This document shows, one piece after another, positions 1 to 11,925 of a DNA stretch of 64,000 nt. The notes beneath the pieces were generated by a model. That model was not told where the DNA came from and did no database searches. It saw nothing but the letters and a program-made list of their open reading frames with translations. The stretch is taken from assembly GCA_012514745.1 (NCBI GenBank), contig JAAYZR010000010.1, forward strand, positions 1,401 through 65,400, written 5' to 3'. The stretch's first letter is position 1. Each line of letters opens with the position of its first letter. The stretch is from Candidatus Undivivens industriae. GTDB lineage: Bacteria; Omnitrophota; Gorgyraeia; Gygaellales; Profunditerraquicolaceae. The position numbers and the translations under genes are program-made.

Positions 1-589
1 CCACGAACAAATAGGCGCCCACCGAATCGCAGATCTTGCGAAAACGCGCGAAGTCCATCTTGCGCGGATAGGCGGAAGCACCGGCCAGGATCATCTTAGG
101 CTTATGTTCCGCCGCCAGCTCTGCGATCCTGTCGTAATCGAGCATCTCGGTGTCTTTATCTACGCCGTAGGTGACTATTTTATAGAACCTGCCGGAGAAA
201 TTGTGCGGATGACCGTGGCTCAAATGCCCGCCGCAAGCCAGGTCCATCGCCAGCACGGTGTCTCCCGGGGCAAGCGCCGCCATATACACGGCCATATTGG
301 CGCTGGTGCCGGAATGCGCCTGGACGTTGGCGTGCTCGGCTCCGAAAAGCTCTTTCACCCTGCTGATTGCGATATCCTCCACGATATCTACGTTATGACA
401 CCCGCCGTACCAGCGCGCCGCCGGGTATCCCTCGGCGTACTTATTGGTCAACACCGATCCCTGCGCCTCCAGCACCGCCAGGGAAGTAAAATTCTCCGAG
501 GCTATCAACTCCAGGTTGTTCTCCTGTCTCTCGATCTCGTTCTTGACCGCGGCGTATATCTCCGGGTCGGCCGTTTTCAGATGTCTCAT
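1..589 (-). CDS. glyA: serine hydroxymethyltransferase (N-terminal ~196 aa; C-terminus lies beyond the window start)
   Basis: The minus-strand translation starts [15 protein letters not shown]. It contains [34 protein letters not shown], a hallmark serine hydroxymethyltransferase stretch. The ORF runs off the window edge, so it is absent from the ORF track. Its ATG overlaps the rpiB TGA (ATGA). Confidence 0.9.
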   Translation of the reverse strand, partial: MRHLKTADPEIYAAVKNEIERQENNLELIASENFTSLAVLEAQGSVLTNKYAEGYPAARWYGGCHNVDIVEDIAISRVKELFGAEHANVQAHSGTSANMAVYMAALAPGDTVLAMDLACGGHLSHGHPHNFSGRFYKIVTYGVDKDTEMLDYDRIAELAAEHKPKMILAGASAYPRKMDFARFRKICDSVGAYLFV

Positions 590-1050
590 CTTCTACCCCC
601 GCATATCTTTTTTTCTATTTCGCCTATTATTTTCAGCCGGCGTTCGTGCCTGCCTCCGGCAAAAGCAGTATTCATCCAGATCTCCGTTATCTTTCGCGCC
701 TCGGCGGCGCCGGAGAAAGAAGCGCCCAACACCAGCACGTTGCTGTCGTTATGCTCCCTGGAAAGCCGCGCCGCCGTCCTGTTACAGCAGAGCGCCGCGC
801 GTACGCCAGGGAAACGGTTCGCCACGATGGAATTTCCTATTCCGCTTTTGCAGATAAGTATCCCCCTGCGGTAGCGGCGGCGGGAAATAAGGCCGGCCAG
901 GGCCGCGGCGGTAACCGGATAATCACAGCTTTCTTCGGAATACGCGCCGAGGTCCTTGATGCGTATGCCGCGTTTCTTCAAGAAAATCTTCAGCTTCTCC
1001 TTCAGCGCGAAACCGCCGTGGTCGGAAGCTATCAAGAGCGCAGAATTCAT
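586..1050 (-). CDS. rpiB: ribose-5-phosphate isomerase B (RpiB/LacAB family)
   Basis: 154 aa; the sequence matches the RpiB family. It sits in the conserved ywlC-ywlE-rpiB-glyA neighbourhood. Confidence 0.85.
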   Translation of the reverse strand: MNSALLIASDHGGFALKEKLKIFLKKRGIRIKDLGAYSEESCDYPVTAAALAGLISRRRYRRGILICKSGIGNSIVANRFPGVRAALCCNRTAARLSREHNDSNVLVLGASFSGAAEARKITEIWMNTAFAGGRHERRLKIIGEIEKKICGGRR

Positions 1051-2105
1051 ATCAATACCTCCACTTTAGCAACCGCTTCCTTTATCTGGGAAAATGTCTT
1101 TTTGTACAGATCAAGAGTCCCGCCGATCGGGTCCGGGATGTCGGCCTCTACCCCGCCGGTCCCGGCAAATTCCTTGAGCAGGAAGACCCTGTTCTTCGCC
1201 TCCGGAGCCATCTCCAGTATCCTTTCCTCGTGGAGCTTCTCCATTGGCAGGATTATATCCGCAGCCTTTATCATCACCGGAGTAAGCCTGCGAGCTTTGT
1301 GCCCCGAGACATCCATACCCTCTTCCGCCAGCACGCCGCGCGTGGCCTGCGTAGCTCCGCCGGAGACTGCCGATATCCCGGCGGAAAAAACATCGATTCC
1401 TTCATGCTTCTTTTCCGCGAGGAGCTTTTTCAGGAACGCCTCCGCCATCACTGAACGGCAGGAGTTACCGGTGCAGACAAAAAGCACAGTCTTGTTCTTC
1501 AGGGCGGTCATTATCTCTGCCGCGCTCAACGCCCCCTCTCTCAAGACGCGCGCCTCGCCGCCGGCAAGGTCCACCACGCTGGACTCTCTGCCTATCCGGC
1601 AGGGACCGGAATCCACCGCCATCTCAACCAGTCCGCCGAAATCCGATAAAGCGCCGGCGCATTCAAAAGGGGGCTCTTTACCGGACAAGTTGGCCGAAGG
1701 ACAGACGACCGGAACGCCGGCATATTCCAACAATGCGAGCGCCACGCGATGATCCGGCATCCTCACCCCGACGGTCCCGCCTTCCCTGCCTTTCAAAACC
1801 AGTGTCAACGGGCCCGGCCAGAAACGCGAAATAAGCTTGTATGCCCGCAAAGGTACTCCGGAAGCGAGATCTTCCGCCTGTGTGATGCCGCTTACCAGGA
1901 TAGAAAAAGGTTTGTCCGCCGGGCGCTTCTTTATTTCATACAGTTTTCTGACCGCCGCCGGGTCGAAAAAGTTCGCCGCTATACCATAAACCGTCTCAGT
2001 GGGAATGATCACCAGCCCGCCGGAGGCTATCAAAGAAGCGGCTTCCTCGAGGGCCCCGGGATGCGGATCGATTGCGTCTATGAACACCGTCTTGGTACGG
2101 CTCAT
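1047..2105 (-). CDS. fusion of a Sua5/YrdC/YwlC-type L-threonylcarbamoyladenylate synthase domain with a low-molecular-weight protein (Tyr/Arg) phosphatase domain
   Basis: The N-terminal part (VIIPTETVYGIAANFFDPAAVRKLYEIKKRPADKPFSIL) is YrdC/TsaC-like. The C-terminal part has the CX5R P-loop (VCTGNSCRS) and the DP loop (DIPDP) of LMW-PTP / YwlE. Confidence 0.8.
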   Translation of the reverse strand: MSRTKTVFIDAIDPHPGALEEAASLIASGGLVIIPTETVYGIAANFFDPAAVRKLYEIKKRPADKPFSILVSGITQAEDLASGVPLRAYKLISRFWPGPLTLVLKGREGGTVGVRMPDHRVALALLEYAGVPVVCPSANLSGKEPPFECAGALSDFGGLVEMAVDSGPCRIGRESSVVDLAGGEARVLREGALSAAEIMTALKNKTVLFVCTGNSCRSVMAEAFLKKLLAEKKHEGIDVFSAGISAVSGGATQATRGVLAEEGMDVSGHKARRLTPVMIKAADIILPMEKLHEERILEMAPEAKNRVFLLKEFAGTGGVEADIPDPIGGTLDLYKKTFSQIKEAVAKVEVLI

Positions 2106-2593
2106 AAGGAAATCTGTATTTTCCCTATCTCTTCGCGCATCTTGGCGCGGAAAGTTTCCATCTTGCCCCTGATGCCCGCGTCTGACAACGCGAGTATCTC
2201 CAGCGCGAACACCGCCGCGTTCTTCGCGCCCCCCGCGCCTACAGCCATACAGGCCACAGGTATGCCGGAAGGCATCTGCACAGTGGAAAGCAGGGAATCC
2301 ACTCCCCGCAGACTGCTTGTCTCCACCGGGATGCCGATCACAGGAAGCAGGGTATGGCCGGCGATTGCCCCGGCAAGGGCGGCCGAGCCTCCTGCCGCGG
2401 CGATGAATACCGATACCCCGCGCTCCGGCGCCGACTCCACGTAAGCCGCCAGTTCTTTGGGAGTGCGATGGGCCGACAGAACCTTAACCTCCGGCTCTAT
2501 GCCGAACTCTTTAAGCAGTTCTACGGCGGGCCGCACTGTTTCCAGATCGGACTTACTGCCCATAAGCACGCTGACCGTATTCTTCATCTTCAT
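2102..2593 (-). CDS. purE: N5-carboxyaminoimidazole ribonucleotide mutase
   Basis: 163 aa; carries the SAHRTP motif and the Gly-rich PurE core. Confidence 0.9.
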   Translation of the reverse strand: MKMKNTVSVLMGSKSDLETVRPAVELLKEFGIEPEVKVLSAHRTPKELAAYVESAPERGVSVFIAAAGGSAALAGAIAGHTLLPVIGIPVETSSLRGVDSLLSTVQMPSGIPVACMAVGAGGAKNAAVFALEILALSDAGIRGKMETFRAKMREEIGKIQISL

Positions 2594-2640
2594 CCCTTTC
2601 TTATAAAATATTTCTCATCTATTATACGCGCGGTTTCGGA

Positions 2641-3909
2641 TCAAGCGGACTTCGCCGCTATATCACGGCGGTAATGCATTCCTTCAAAATCTATCTCCCC
2701 GGCAGCGGAATAGGCGGAGGCGGCGGCTTCCTTGATATCGCGCCCCAGAGCGCTGACCCCCAGCACCCTTCCCCCGTCGCTCAAACACCTGCCTCCGGCG
2801 AGCCTGGTGCCGGAATGAAAAACTGCCACGTCTCCGCGCCCGGCGAGCCGCTGGAGCCCTTTTATCTCCATTCCCTTCGAATATTCCCCCGGGTAACCTC
2901 CGGAAACAAGCACCACACAGACGCATGCCCGCTCGTCCCATTCCAGCTCCGGTGCCTCCGGCAATTTACGGCGGCTGACAGCCAGCAGCGCTTCCGCCAG
3001 ATCACTCTTCATACGCGGCAGGATCGCCTGCGTCTCCGGGTCGCCGAAACGCACGTTGAATTCCAGCACCTTCGGTCCTTCGGCGGTAAGCATGATCCCG
3101 GCATAAAGCACCCCGCGGTAATCCAGACCTTCCTTACGCAATCCTTCCATGGCGGGCAGGAGTACCGTCCGGTTTATCTCCTCCTGCTGCGCGCAAGAAA
3201 GAAAAACCGCCGGAGAATAAGCGCCCATGCCCCCGGTATTAGGCCCTTTGTCGTTGTCGAAAACACGTTTGTGATCCTGGCTGGAAGCCAAAGACACTAT
3301 TTTTTGCGTATCCGTGAATGCGAGGATGGATACCTCCCTGCCTTCGAGGCATTCCTCGATGATTATCTTTTCCCCGGCAGGGCCGAATATCCTGCGCCTC
3401 ATTATATCGTCCACCGCCGCCAGCGCCTCGCCGAGTCCGGCAGGAATAATCACGCCTTTGCCGGCGGCCAGGCCGTCGGCCTTGATCACGCGCGGACCGC
3501 CGCATTCGCGCAAATACCCCGACGCCTTATCCGGATCGTCGAAAACCTGGAAAGAGGCGGTAGGTATGCCGTGCCTGGACATGAACCGTTTGGCGTAAAC
3601 CTTACTGGATTCCAACCGCGCTGCCTGTTCGTCCGGGCCGAAGATATCCAGCCCGCGGCCGCGGAACGTTCCGGCGATCCCGGCGGCAAGCGAAACTTCC
3701 GGGCCGACCACGGTTAATGCTATCTTTTCCTTCAGAGCGAAAGACAACAATCCGTCCACGTCGTCGGCTTTTACCGGGACGCATTCCGCTACGGAAGCGA
3801 TCCCTCCGTTGCCGGGAGCGCAGAATATCTTCTCGACCGAAGGCGACTGCGCCAGTTTCCAGCAGATTGCGTGCTCTCTACCCCCGGATCCGACCACGAG
3901 TACTTTCAT
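2641..3909 (-). CDS. purD: phosphoribosylamine--glycine ligase
   Basis: 422 aa; starts MKVLVVGSGGREHA and has an ATP-grasp fold typical of PurD. Confidence 0.9.
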   Translation of the reverse strand: MKVLVVGSGGREHAICWKLAQSPSVEKIFCAPGNGGIASVAECVPVKADDVDGLLSFALKEKIALTVVGPEVSLAAGIAGTFRGRGLDIFGPDEQAARLESSKVYAKRFMSRHGIPTASFQVFDDPDKASGYLRECGGPRVIKADGLAAGKGVIIPAGLGEALAAVDDIMRRRIFGPAGEKIIIEECLEGREVSILAFTDTQKIVSLASSQDHKRVFDNDKGPNTGGMGAYSPAVFLSCAQQEEINRTVLLPAMEGLRKEGLDYRGVLYAGIMLTAEGPKVLEFNVRFGDPETQAILPRMKSDLAEALLAVSRRKLPEAPELEWDERACVCVVLVSGGYPGEYSKGMEIKGLQRLAGRGDVAVFHSGTRLAGGRCLSDGGRVLGVSALGRDIKEAAASAYSAAGEIDFEGMHYRRDIAAKSA

Positions 3910-3910
3910 C

Positions 3911-4786
3911 TTAAGCGTCTTTGGCCTCTCTTTTCAAAGGCAGGATGCCGGCCATCTCGCCGATCACATTCACCAGTTCCGTGCCGCCCGGCACCACCAC
4001 TTTGGTATTGTTCTGCAGTGCTTTTTCCACCGCCTCCAGTTTACGCAGCACCTGGGCGTTGCCGACGAAATACTTCTCCGCGGCCTCGTTCACCACCATG
4101 ATCGCCTCAGCCTCGCCCTGCGCCTCCAGTATGCGGGACTGTTTGATCCCCTCCGCCTTCTTTATCTGCGCCCTCTTCTCGCCGTCTGCGACGGTCTCGG
4201 CGGCGGTGGCGTAGTCGACGGCGGCGATCTTCTCGTTCTCCGCCTTGACCACTTTGTTCATCGTCTCCTGCACGTCCTTAGGCGGGTCTATCTCTTTCAA
4301 TTCGGTCCTGACTATCTCTATCCCCCAATTGGAGGTCTCGGTCATCAAAGTGCTGTGCAGTTCGTCGTTTATCTTGCCGCGCTCGCTGTTGGCCGACTTC
4401 AAAGTAAGCGTGCCGATGATGTTGCGAAGGGTGGTCCTGGCCAGGTTGACTATCTGGTATTGGTAGTTGTTGACGTTGTAAAGCGAACTCTTGACGCTCT
4501 GCTCTTCAGACTTAACCTTGAAATACACCTGCGCGTCCACACGCGCGTTCAGATTATCGAAGGTGATGATCTCCTGGGGAGCTGCGTCAACCATCTGCTC
4601 GGTAACGTTCACCAGGTACATGTTCTCTATGACCGGTATGATCCAGTGGAAACCGGGCTCGGCGAAGCGGGAGTATTTACCCAGACGCTCTATCAGCCCG
4701 CGGTGCGTGGGACGGATGATCCGTATTCCGGAGATAAAAATAAACACTGCCGCGGCTATGGCCAGATAAACGTTATTCATTTTCAC
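3911..4786 (-). CDS. SPFH/band-7 (stomatin/prohibitin-like) membrane protein
   Basis: N-terminal TM helix, an SPFH core and a coiled-coil Ala/Glu-rich tail. A strong AAGGAGGAG RBS precedes the start. Confidence 0.75.
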   Translation of the reverse strand: MKMNNVYLAIAAAVFIFISGIRIIRPTHRGLIERLGKYSRFAEPGFHWIIPVIENMYLVNVTEQMVDAAPQEIITFDNLNARVDAQVYFKVKSEEQSVKSSLYNVNNYQYQIVNLARTTLRNIIGTLTLKSANSERGKINDELHSTLMTETSNWGIEIVRTELKEIDPPKDVQETMNKVVKAENEKIAAVDYATAAETVADGEKRAQIKKAEGIKQSRILEAQGEAEAIMVVNEAAEKYFVGNAQVLRKLEAVEKALQNNTKVVVPGGTELVNVIGEMAGILPLKREAKDA

Positions 4787-4802
4787 TCCTCCTTAATTGT
4801 GT

Positions 4803-4834
4803 CCGGTAACGGTTAAGACAACGAAGCCCGTATC
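4803..4834. repeat. 32-nt leader repeat copy A (CCGGTAACGGTTAAGACAACGAAGCCCGTATC), 17 nt upstream of the SPFH gene start
   Basis: 29/32 identical to 42016-42047; both copies sit immediately 5' of minus-strand start codons. Confidence 0.65.
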
Positions 4835-4919
4835 GGACAAGTGGTCTCTCTTTTGGCAATTCCCCTTCTCCTTGCGGGACGATATTCAAGGCCGAGAACG
4901 GGCAATACCTGCTCCGCAA

Positions 4920-5951
4920 TCAAATGACGGATACCTTCCTACAGCCCGTGACGATCTCTCCTATCTTCCAACTCCTGACCCCCCGCAAGGCGAGGAAGGA
5001 ACAGATGTCTCCGCAAGCCGCGGGCTCCGCAATAATTACCATGCCCACGCCCATATTGAGCGTGCGGAACATCTCGCCGTCTTCCACATTACCCTTGTTC
5101 TGAATGAGCTTGAATATCTTGGGCACCGCCCAGGAATTCCTGTTGATCCTGGCGTCAAGGCCGGCGGGAAGTATTCTGGCGATCTTGTCGTAAAAAGCTC
5201 CGCCGGTGATATTGGCGATGCCGTGGACCGGCCTGCCGGCGTTCTTGGCCCTGGGATTGAATGAAGCGTCGTTCAACAAAGCCAGCACCGGTTTGACATA
5301 GATACGCGTGGGTTTCAGAAGTTCCGCGTGCATTCTCTTCTGCTCCTGAAGAGAAAGCACCTTGCGCACCAGAGAATAACCGTTGGAATGGAGGCCGCTC
5401 GACTCCAGGCCGATGACCGCGTCCCCGGCCCTTATCGCGCTCCCGTCGATCAGCTTGTCTCTTTCAGCCACACCTACGCAGAAACCTGCCAGGTCGTACT
5501 CGCCGCAGCGGTATATACCGGGCATCTGCGCGGTCTCGCCTCCGATCAAAGAACAACCGGACTGCACGCACCCTTCATTGATACCCTTCACTATATCGTA
5601 AAGCGTCTCCGGCTCCAGGCTGCTGTAAGCGATGTAATCAAGGAAGAACAACGGTTCGGCGCCGGTGCAAAGGATATCGTTGACGTTCATCGCCACCAAG
5701 TCGATGCCCACGGTGGCGTGCCTGCCGGCAAACACGGCGATCTTCAATTTTGTGCCCACGCCGTCGGCTGAAGAAACCAGCACCGGCTCGCGGAATTTGT
5801 CCTTGCCGATGCGGAAAAGACTGCCGAAACCGCCGATGTCGGCGATAACCTCCGGCCGGAAAGAACGCCTCACCAGCGTTTTTATTTTTCCCTTGAAAAC
5901 CGACGCCTTGTCTATATCCACGCCCGCCTGCTTATAAGTTACTTTTTTCAT
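4920..5951 (-). CDS. purM: phosphoribosylformylglycinamidine cyclo-ligase (AIR synthetase)
   Basis: 343 aa; PurM N- and C-domain sequence. Confidence 0.9.
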   Translation of the reverse strand: MKKVTYKQAGVDIDKASVFKGKIKTLVRRSFRPEVIADIGGFGSLFRIGKDKFREPVLVSSADGVGTKLKIAVFAGRHATVGIDLVAMNVNDILCTGAEPLFFLDYIAYSSLEPETLYDIVKGINEGCVQSGCSLIGGETAQMPGIYRCGEYDLAGFCVGVAERDKLIDGSAIRAGDAVIGLESSGLHSNGYSLVRKVLSLQEQKRMHAELLKPTRIYVKPVLALLNDASFNPRAKNAGRPVHGIANITGGAFYDKIARILPAGLDARINRNSWAVPKIFKLIQNKGNVEDGEMFRTLNMGVGMVIIAEPAACGDICSFLALRGVRSWKIGEIVTGCRKVSVI

Positions 5952-6004
5952 AAACCGGTTCTCTCCTTAATCAATCTCTCCAGGCTTCAAGCCGGGGAAG
6001 GGGA

Positions 6005-7447
6005 TTAAACGCCGCCCTGCCCGCAGCAGTGCCTTTCGATGGCTAATTTACCGGCCATCTTTTCCACCGGTAAAGGATACTTACCGCTCCAGCAGGCGGT
6101 GCAGTAATAACCTGGAGGATTCCTCAAACACCCCAGCATGCCGGAGAGACTCAAATAACCGAGGGTATCCACTTCAAGGTATTTACGCACCTGGTCCAGC
6201 GACTGGTATTTATTGGCTATCAATTCGCTGGGGCGGTTGAAATCTATGCCGTAGAAACAGGGAAATTTGTGCGGAGGGCAGGATATCATCATATGCACCT
6301 CCTTGACTCCGGCCTGGCGCAGGTTGCGCACGCGGATCCGGGAAGTGGTCCCCCTGACGATGGAATCATCGACTATGACAACCTTCTTGCCGCGCAGGAC
6401 GGTCTTGAGCAGGTTGAATTTTACCTTTACTCCCATCTCCCTGGAGTCCTGCGCCGGCTGTATGAACGTCCTGCCGACGTAATGGTTCCTGATTATCCCC
6501 ATCTCAAGCGGTATGCCGGAAGCGGAGGCGTATCCCATGGCGGCCGAAAACCCGGAATCCGGAACCGGGATCACCAGGTCGGCCTTGATCGGGTATTCCA
6601 CAGCGAGGCGCTCGCCGAGCTTTCTCCTGACCAGATGCACGTTATCGGAAAAAACCGTGGAATCCGGCCTGGAGAAATAAACGTGCTCGAAAGTGCAAAA
6701 AGCGTATTTCTTGGTATGATGCAAATGCGAAGGCCGCACCGAACGGAAGCCGTTTTTATCGATGATGGCGATCTCCCCCGGTTCGAGTTCGCGCACGAAC
6801 CTCGCTCCGATAAGATCGAAAGCGCAGGTTTCAGAGGCCAGGCACCAGGCGCCGCCGGCTTTCCCGAGGGACAACGGCCTGAAACCGAGCGGATCACGCA
6901 CTCCGACCAAAGAATCATTGTTCATCAACAGCAACGAATACGCCCCTTTTATCCTGCGCAGGGCGTAAACCAGGCTCTCGATGAAATCGCCGCTCTGCGC
7001 CCTCGCCATAAGCTGAATGATGATCTCGGAATCCGTAGTGGTCTGAAATATGGAACCGCGCCTTTCCAGGTATCTGCGCAGTTCGAGCGAGTTCACCAGG
7101 TTGCCGTTATGGGCGATGCAGACCGTGCCTTTGGCGTAATCTATGAGCAGCGGCTGAGCGTTCTTCAATACGCTGGAACCGGTGGTGGAATAACGCACGT
7201 GCCCCACCGCGCAGTTGCCTTTCAACTTATGGAACACATCAGGAGTAAAGACGTCGCTCACCAGCCCCATTCCTTTGTGCACAGAGAGACGGCCGTCGGA
7301 CGCGGTCACTATGCCGCATGACTCCTGGCCCCGGTGCTGCAGGGCGTAGAGCCCCATATAAGTCAGCCAGGACGCCTGTTTATGCCCGAAAATACCGAAC
7401 AGACCGCAGAACTCTTTCGGTGAATCGTCAAAGCAATTTCCGCGCAT
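6005..7447 (-). CDS. purF: amidophosphoribosyltransferase (with a short propeptide before the catalytic Cys)
   Basis: Carries CGLFGIFGH after a ~13-aa leader, an Ntn glutamine amidotransferase domain plus a PRTase domain, and C-terminal Cys ligands. Confidence 0.9.
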   Translation of the reverse strand: MRGNCFDDSPKEFCGLFGIFGHKQASWLTYMGLYALQHRGQESCGIVTASDGRLSVHKGMGLVSDVFTPDVFHKLKGNCAVGHVRYSTTGSSVLKNAQPLLIDYAKGTVCIAHNGNLVNSLELRRYLERRGSIFQTTTDSEIIIQLMARAQSGDFIESLVYALRRIKGAYSLLLMNNDSLVGVRDPLGFRPLSLGKAGGAWCLASETCAFDLIGARFVRELEPGEIAIIDKNGFRSVRPSHLHHTKKYAFCTFEHVYFSRPDSTVFSDNVHLVRRKLGERLAVEYPIKADLVIPVPDSGFSAAMGYASASGIPLEMGIIRNHYVGRTFIQPAQDSREMGVKVKFNLLKTVLRGKKVVIVDDSIVRGTTSRIRVRNLRQAGVKEVHMMISCPPHKFPCFYGIDFNRPSELIANKYQSLDQVRKYLEVDTLGYLSLSGMLGCLRNPPGYYCTACWSGKYPLPVEKMAGKLAIERHCCGQGGV

Positions 7448-8210
7448 AGCGCACTCCGTTCTTGAAGATTAATATGCCGTCCGATTCCGCGGACTTACGC
7501 CCTCCCTCTCCCAGCGGATGCTGGGACGATTGCACGTGCCGTTCCGGATGGGGCATCAATCCGAATATCCTGCCGGTGGCGTCGCAGATACCGGCGATGT
7601 CCGCCTGCGAACCGTTGGGGTTAGCGGGATACACCGCCGCCGAACCGTCCTCATTGCAGTAAGTAACCGCCGCCTGTTTTTTGTCCAGTATGCAGCGCAA
7701 AGACGCCGTGTCGGCGGCCATGAACTTCCCCTCCCCGTGGGCCACCGGCAGATAAATCACCCTCCCTATGCCTTCGGTCCAGACACAAACCGACTCGGGG
7801 ATCCGCAGATGAACCCAGCGCGCCTCGAACTTGCTTGAATCATTGATCACCAGACTGGCTTCCTGCTTCCACTGCGCGTTCCCCGGCAGCAACCCGCTTT
7901 TCACCAGTATCTGAAAACCGTTGCAAATGCCGATCACCAGCTTCCCGGCGGAGATGAACCTCTCCACGCTATCACGAAGCTTACAGCGCAGTTCGTTGGC
8001 CAGGACTTTGCCGGCGGCGATGTCGTCGCCGTAAGAAAAACCCCCGGGCAGGGCCAAGATGTGATAATCATCCAGCTTGCGCCCGCCCGCCGCGAGGACA
8101 TTGACGTGCACAAGCTCCGCCTGCGCCCCGGAGAGCTCGAATGCGAAAGCTGTCTCCGCGTCGCAATTCGTGCCGGCGGTCCTCAATATACATACTCTCG
8201 GTTTCTTCAT
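7428..8210 (-). CDS. purQ: phosphoribosylformylglycinamidine synthase glutaminase subunit
   Basis: 260 aa class-I glutamine amidotransferase (GICNGFQ). Confidence 0.88.
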   Translation of the reverse strand: MKKPRVCILRTAGTNCDAETAFAFELSGAQAELVHVNVLAAGGRKLDDYHILALPGGFSYGDDIAAGKVLANELRCKLRDSVERFISAGKLVIGICNGFQILVKSGLLPGNAQWKQEASLVINDSSKFEARWVHLRIPESVCVWTEGIGRVIYLPVAHGEGKFMAADTASLRCILDKKQAAVTYCNEDGSAAVYPANPNGSQADIAGICDATGRIFGLMPHPERHVQSSQHPLGEGGRKSAESDGILIFKNGVRYARKLL

Positions 8211-8248
8211 ACAGGTTTCCCGTTCCTATATCCCTTATCCCTCTAACG

Positions 8249-8917
8249 TCAACGCCTCCGCGCTTTGCTTCCGCGGCGGTAGAACTCCCGGATGACGCGC
8301 ACCGCCTGGGCGGGCGTATCCGCGACCTTGAATATCTCCAGTTCGCTTTTGTCCACATTCCCTTTCGCCACCACCGTCTCCTTGAGCCAGTCCAGCATAC
8401 CCTGCCAGTAGGCGCGCCCGAAAAGCACCACCGGGAATCTGGAGATGCGCCCGGTCTGGATCAGGGTCACGGCTTCGAAGAATTCGTCCATTGTTCCGTA
8501 CCCGCCCGGCATGATCACGAAAGCGCTGGCGTATTTGACGAACATAACCTTGCGCACGAAGAAATAATGGAACTCCAGCAAGGTGTCGACGTAACGGTTT
8601 GCCTTCTGCTCGGAAGGTATCTGGATATTCAGACCGATCGATTTGCCTTTGGCCCTGCGCGCCCCTTTATTGGCGGCCTCCATTATGCCGCCGCCGCTGC
8701 CGGTGATCACCGCGAATCCCGACTTCGCCAGCAGATAAGCGGTCTCTTCCGCCAGTTTATAATACTTGTCCTGGGCGCCGGTCCGGCTGGAGCCGAAAAT
8801 GGACACGGCTTTCTTAAGAGAGCTCAATATCTCGAACCCCTCGACGAACTCCGACATTATACGGAACACGCGCCAGGGATCTTCCTTCACGAAATTGTCG
8901 TCGCTGTTTTTCGCCAT
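8249..8917 (-). CDS. LOG family protein (cytokinin riboside 5'-monophosphate phosphoribohydrolase-like, TIGR00730)
   Basis: Carries the GGGGIMEA and PGGYGTMDEF motifs of LOG/YvdD proteins. Confidence 0.8.
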   Translation of the reverse strand: MAKNSDDNFVKEDPWRVFRIMSEFVEGFEILSSLKKAVSIFGSSRTGAQDKYYKLAEETAYLLAKSGFAVITGSGGGIMEAANKGARRAKGKSIGLNIQIPSEQKANRYVDTLLEFHYFFVRKVMFVKYASAFVIMPGGYGTMDEFFEAVTLIQTGRISRFPVVLFGRAYWQGMLDWLKETVVAKGNVDKSELEIFKVADTPAQAVRVIREFYRRGSKARRR

Positions 8918-8918
8918 T

Positions 8919-11831
<2,913 letters not shown>

Positions 11832-11925
11832 TTTAAGGAGTTATTTTATCCGCGCGATATTACGGCGGGCAAGACTTCGCGGTTGTTCTCTCTATCTAAA
11901 ATGAACCCGGCCTCTCCGGACAGGG

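Noticed and set aside
104-1752. Plus-strand ORFs 104-874, 444-857 and 646-1752 in the six-frame track
   Set aside because: They lie antisense to glyA, rpiB and the tsaC fusion, and their products are Arg/Pro/Ala-rich with no domain signal. These are typical shadow ORFs of a high-GC genome.
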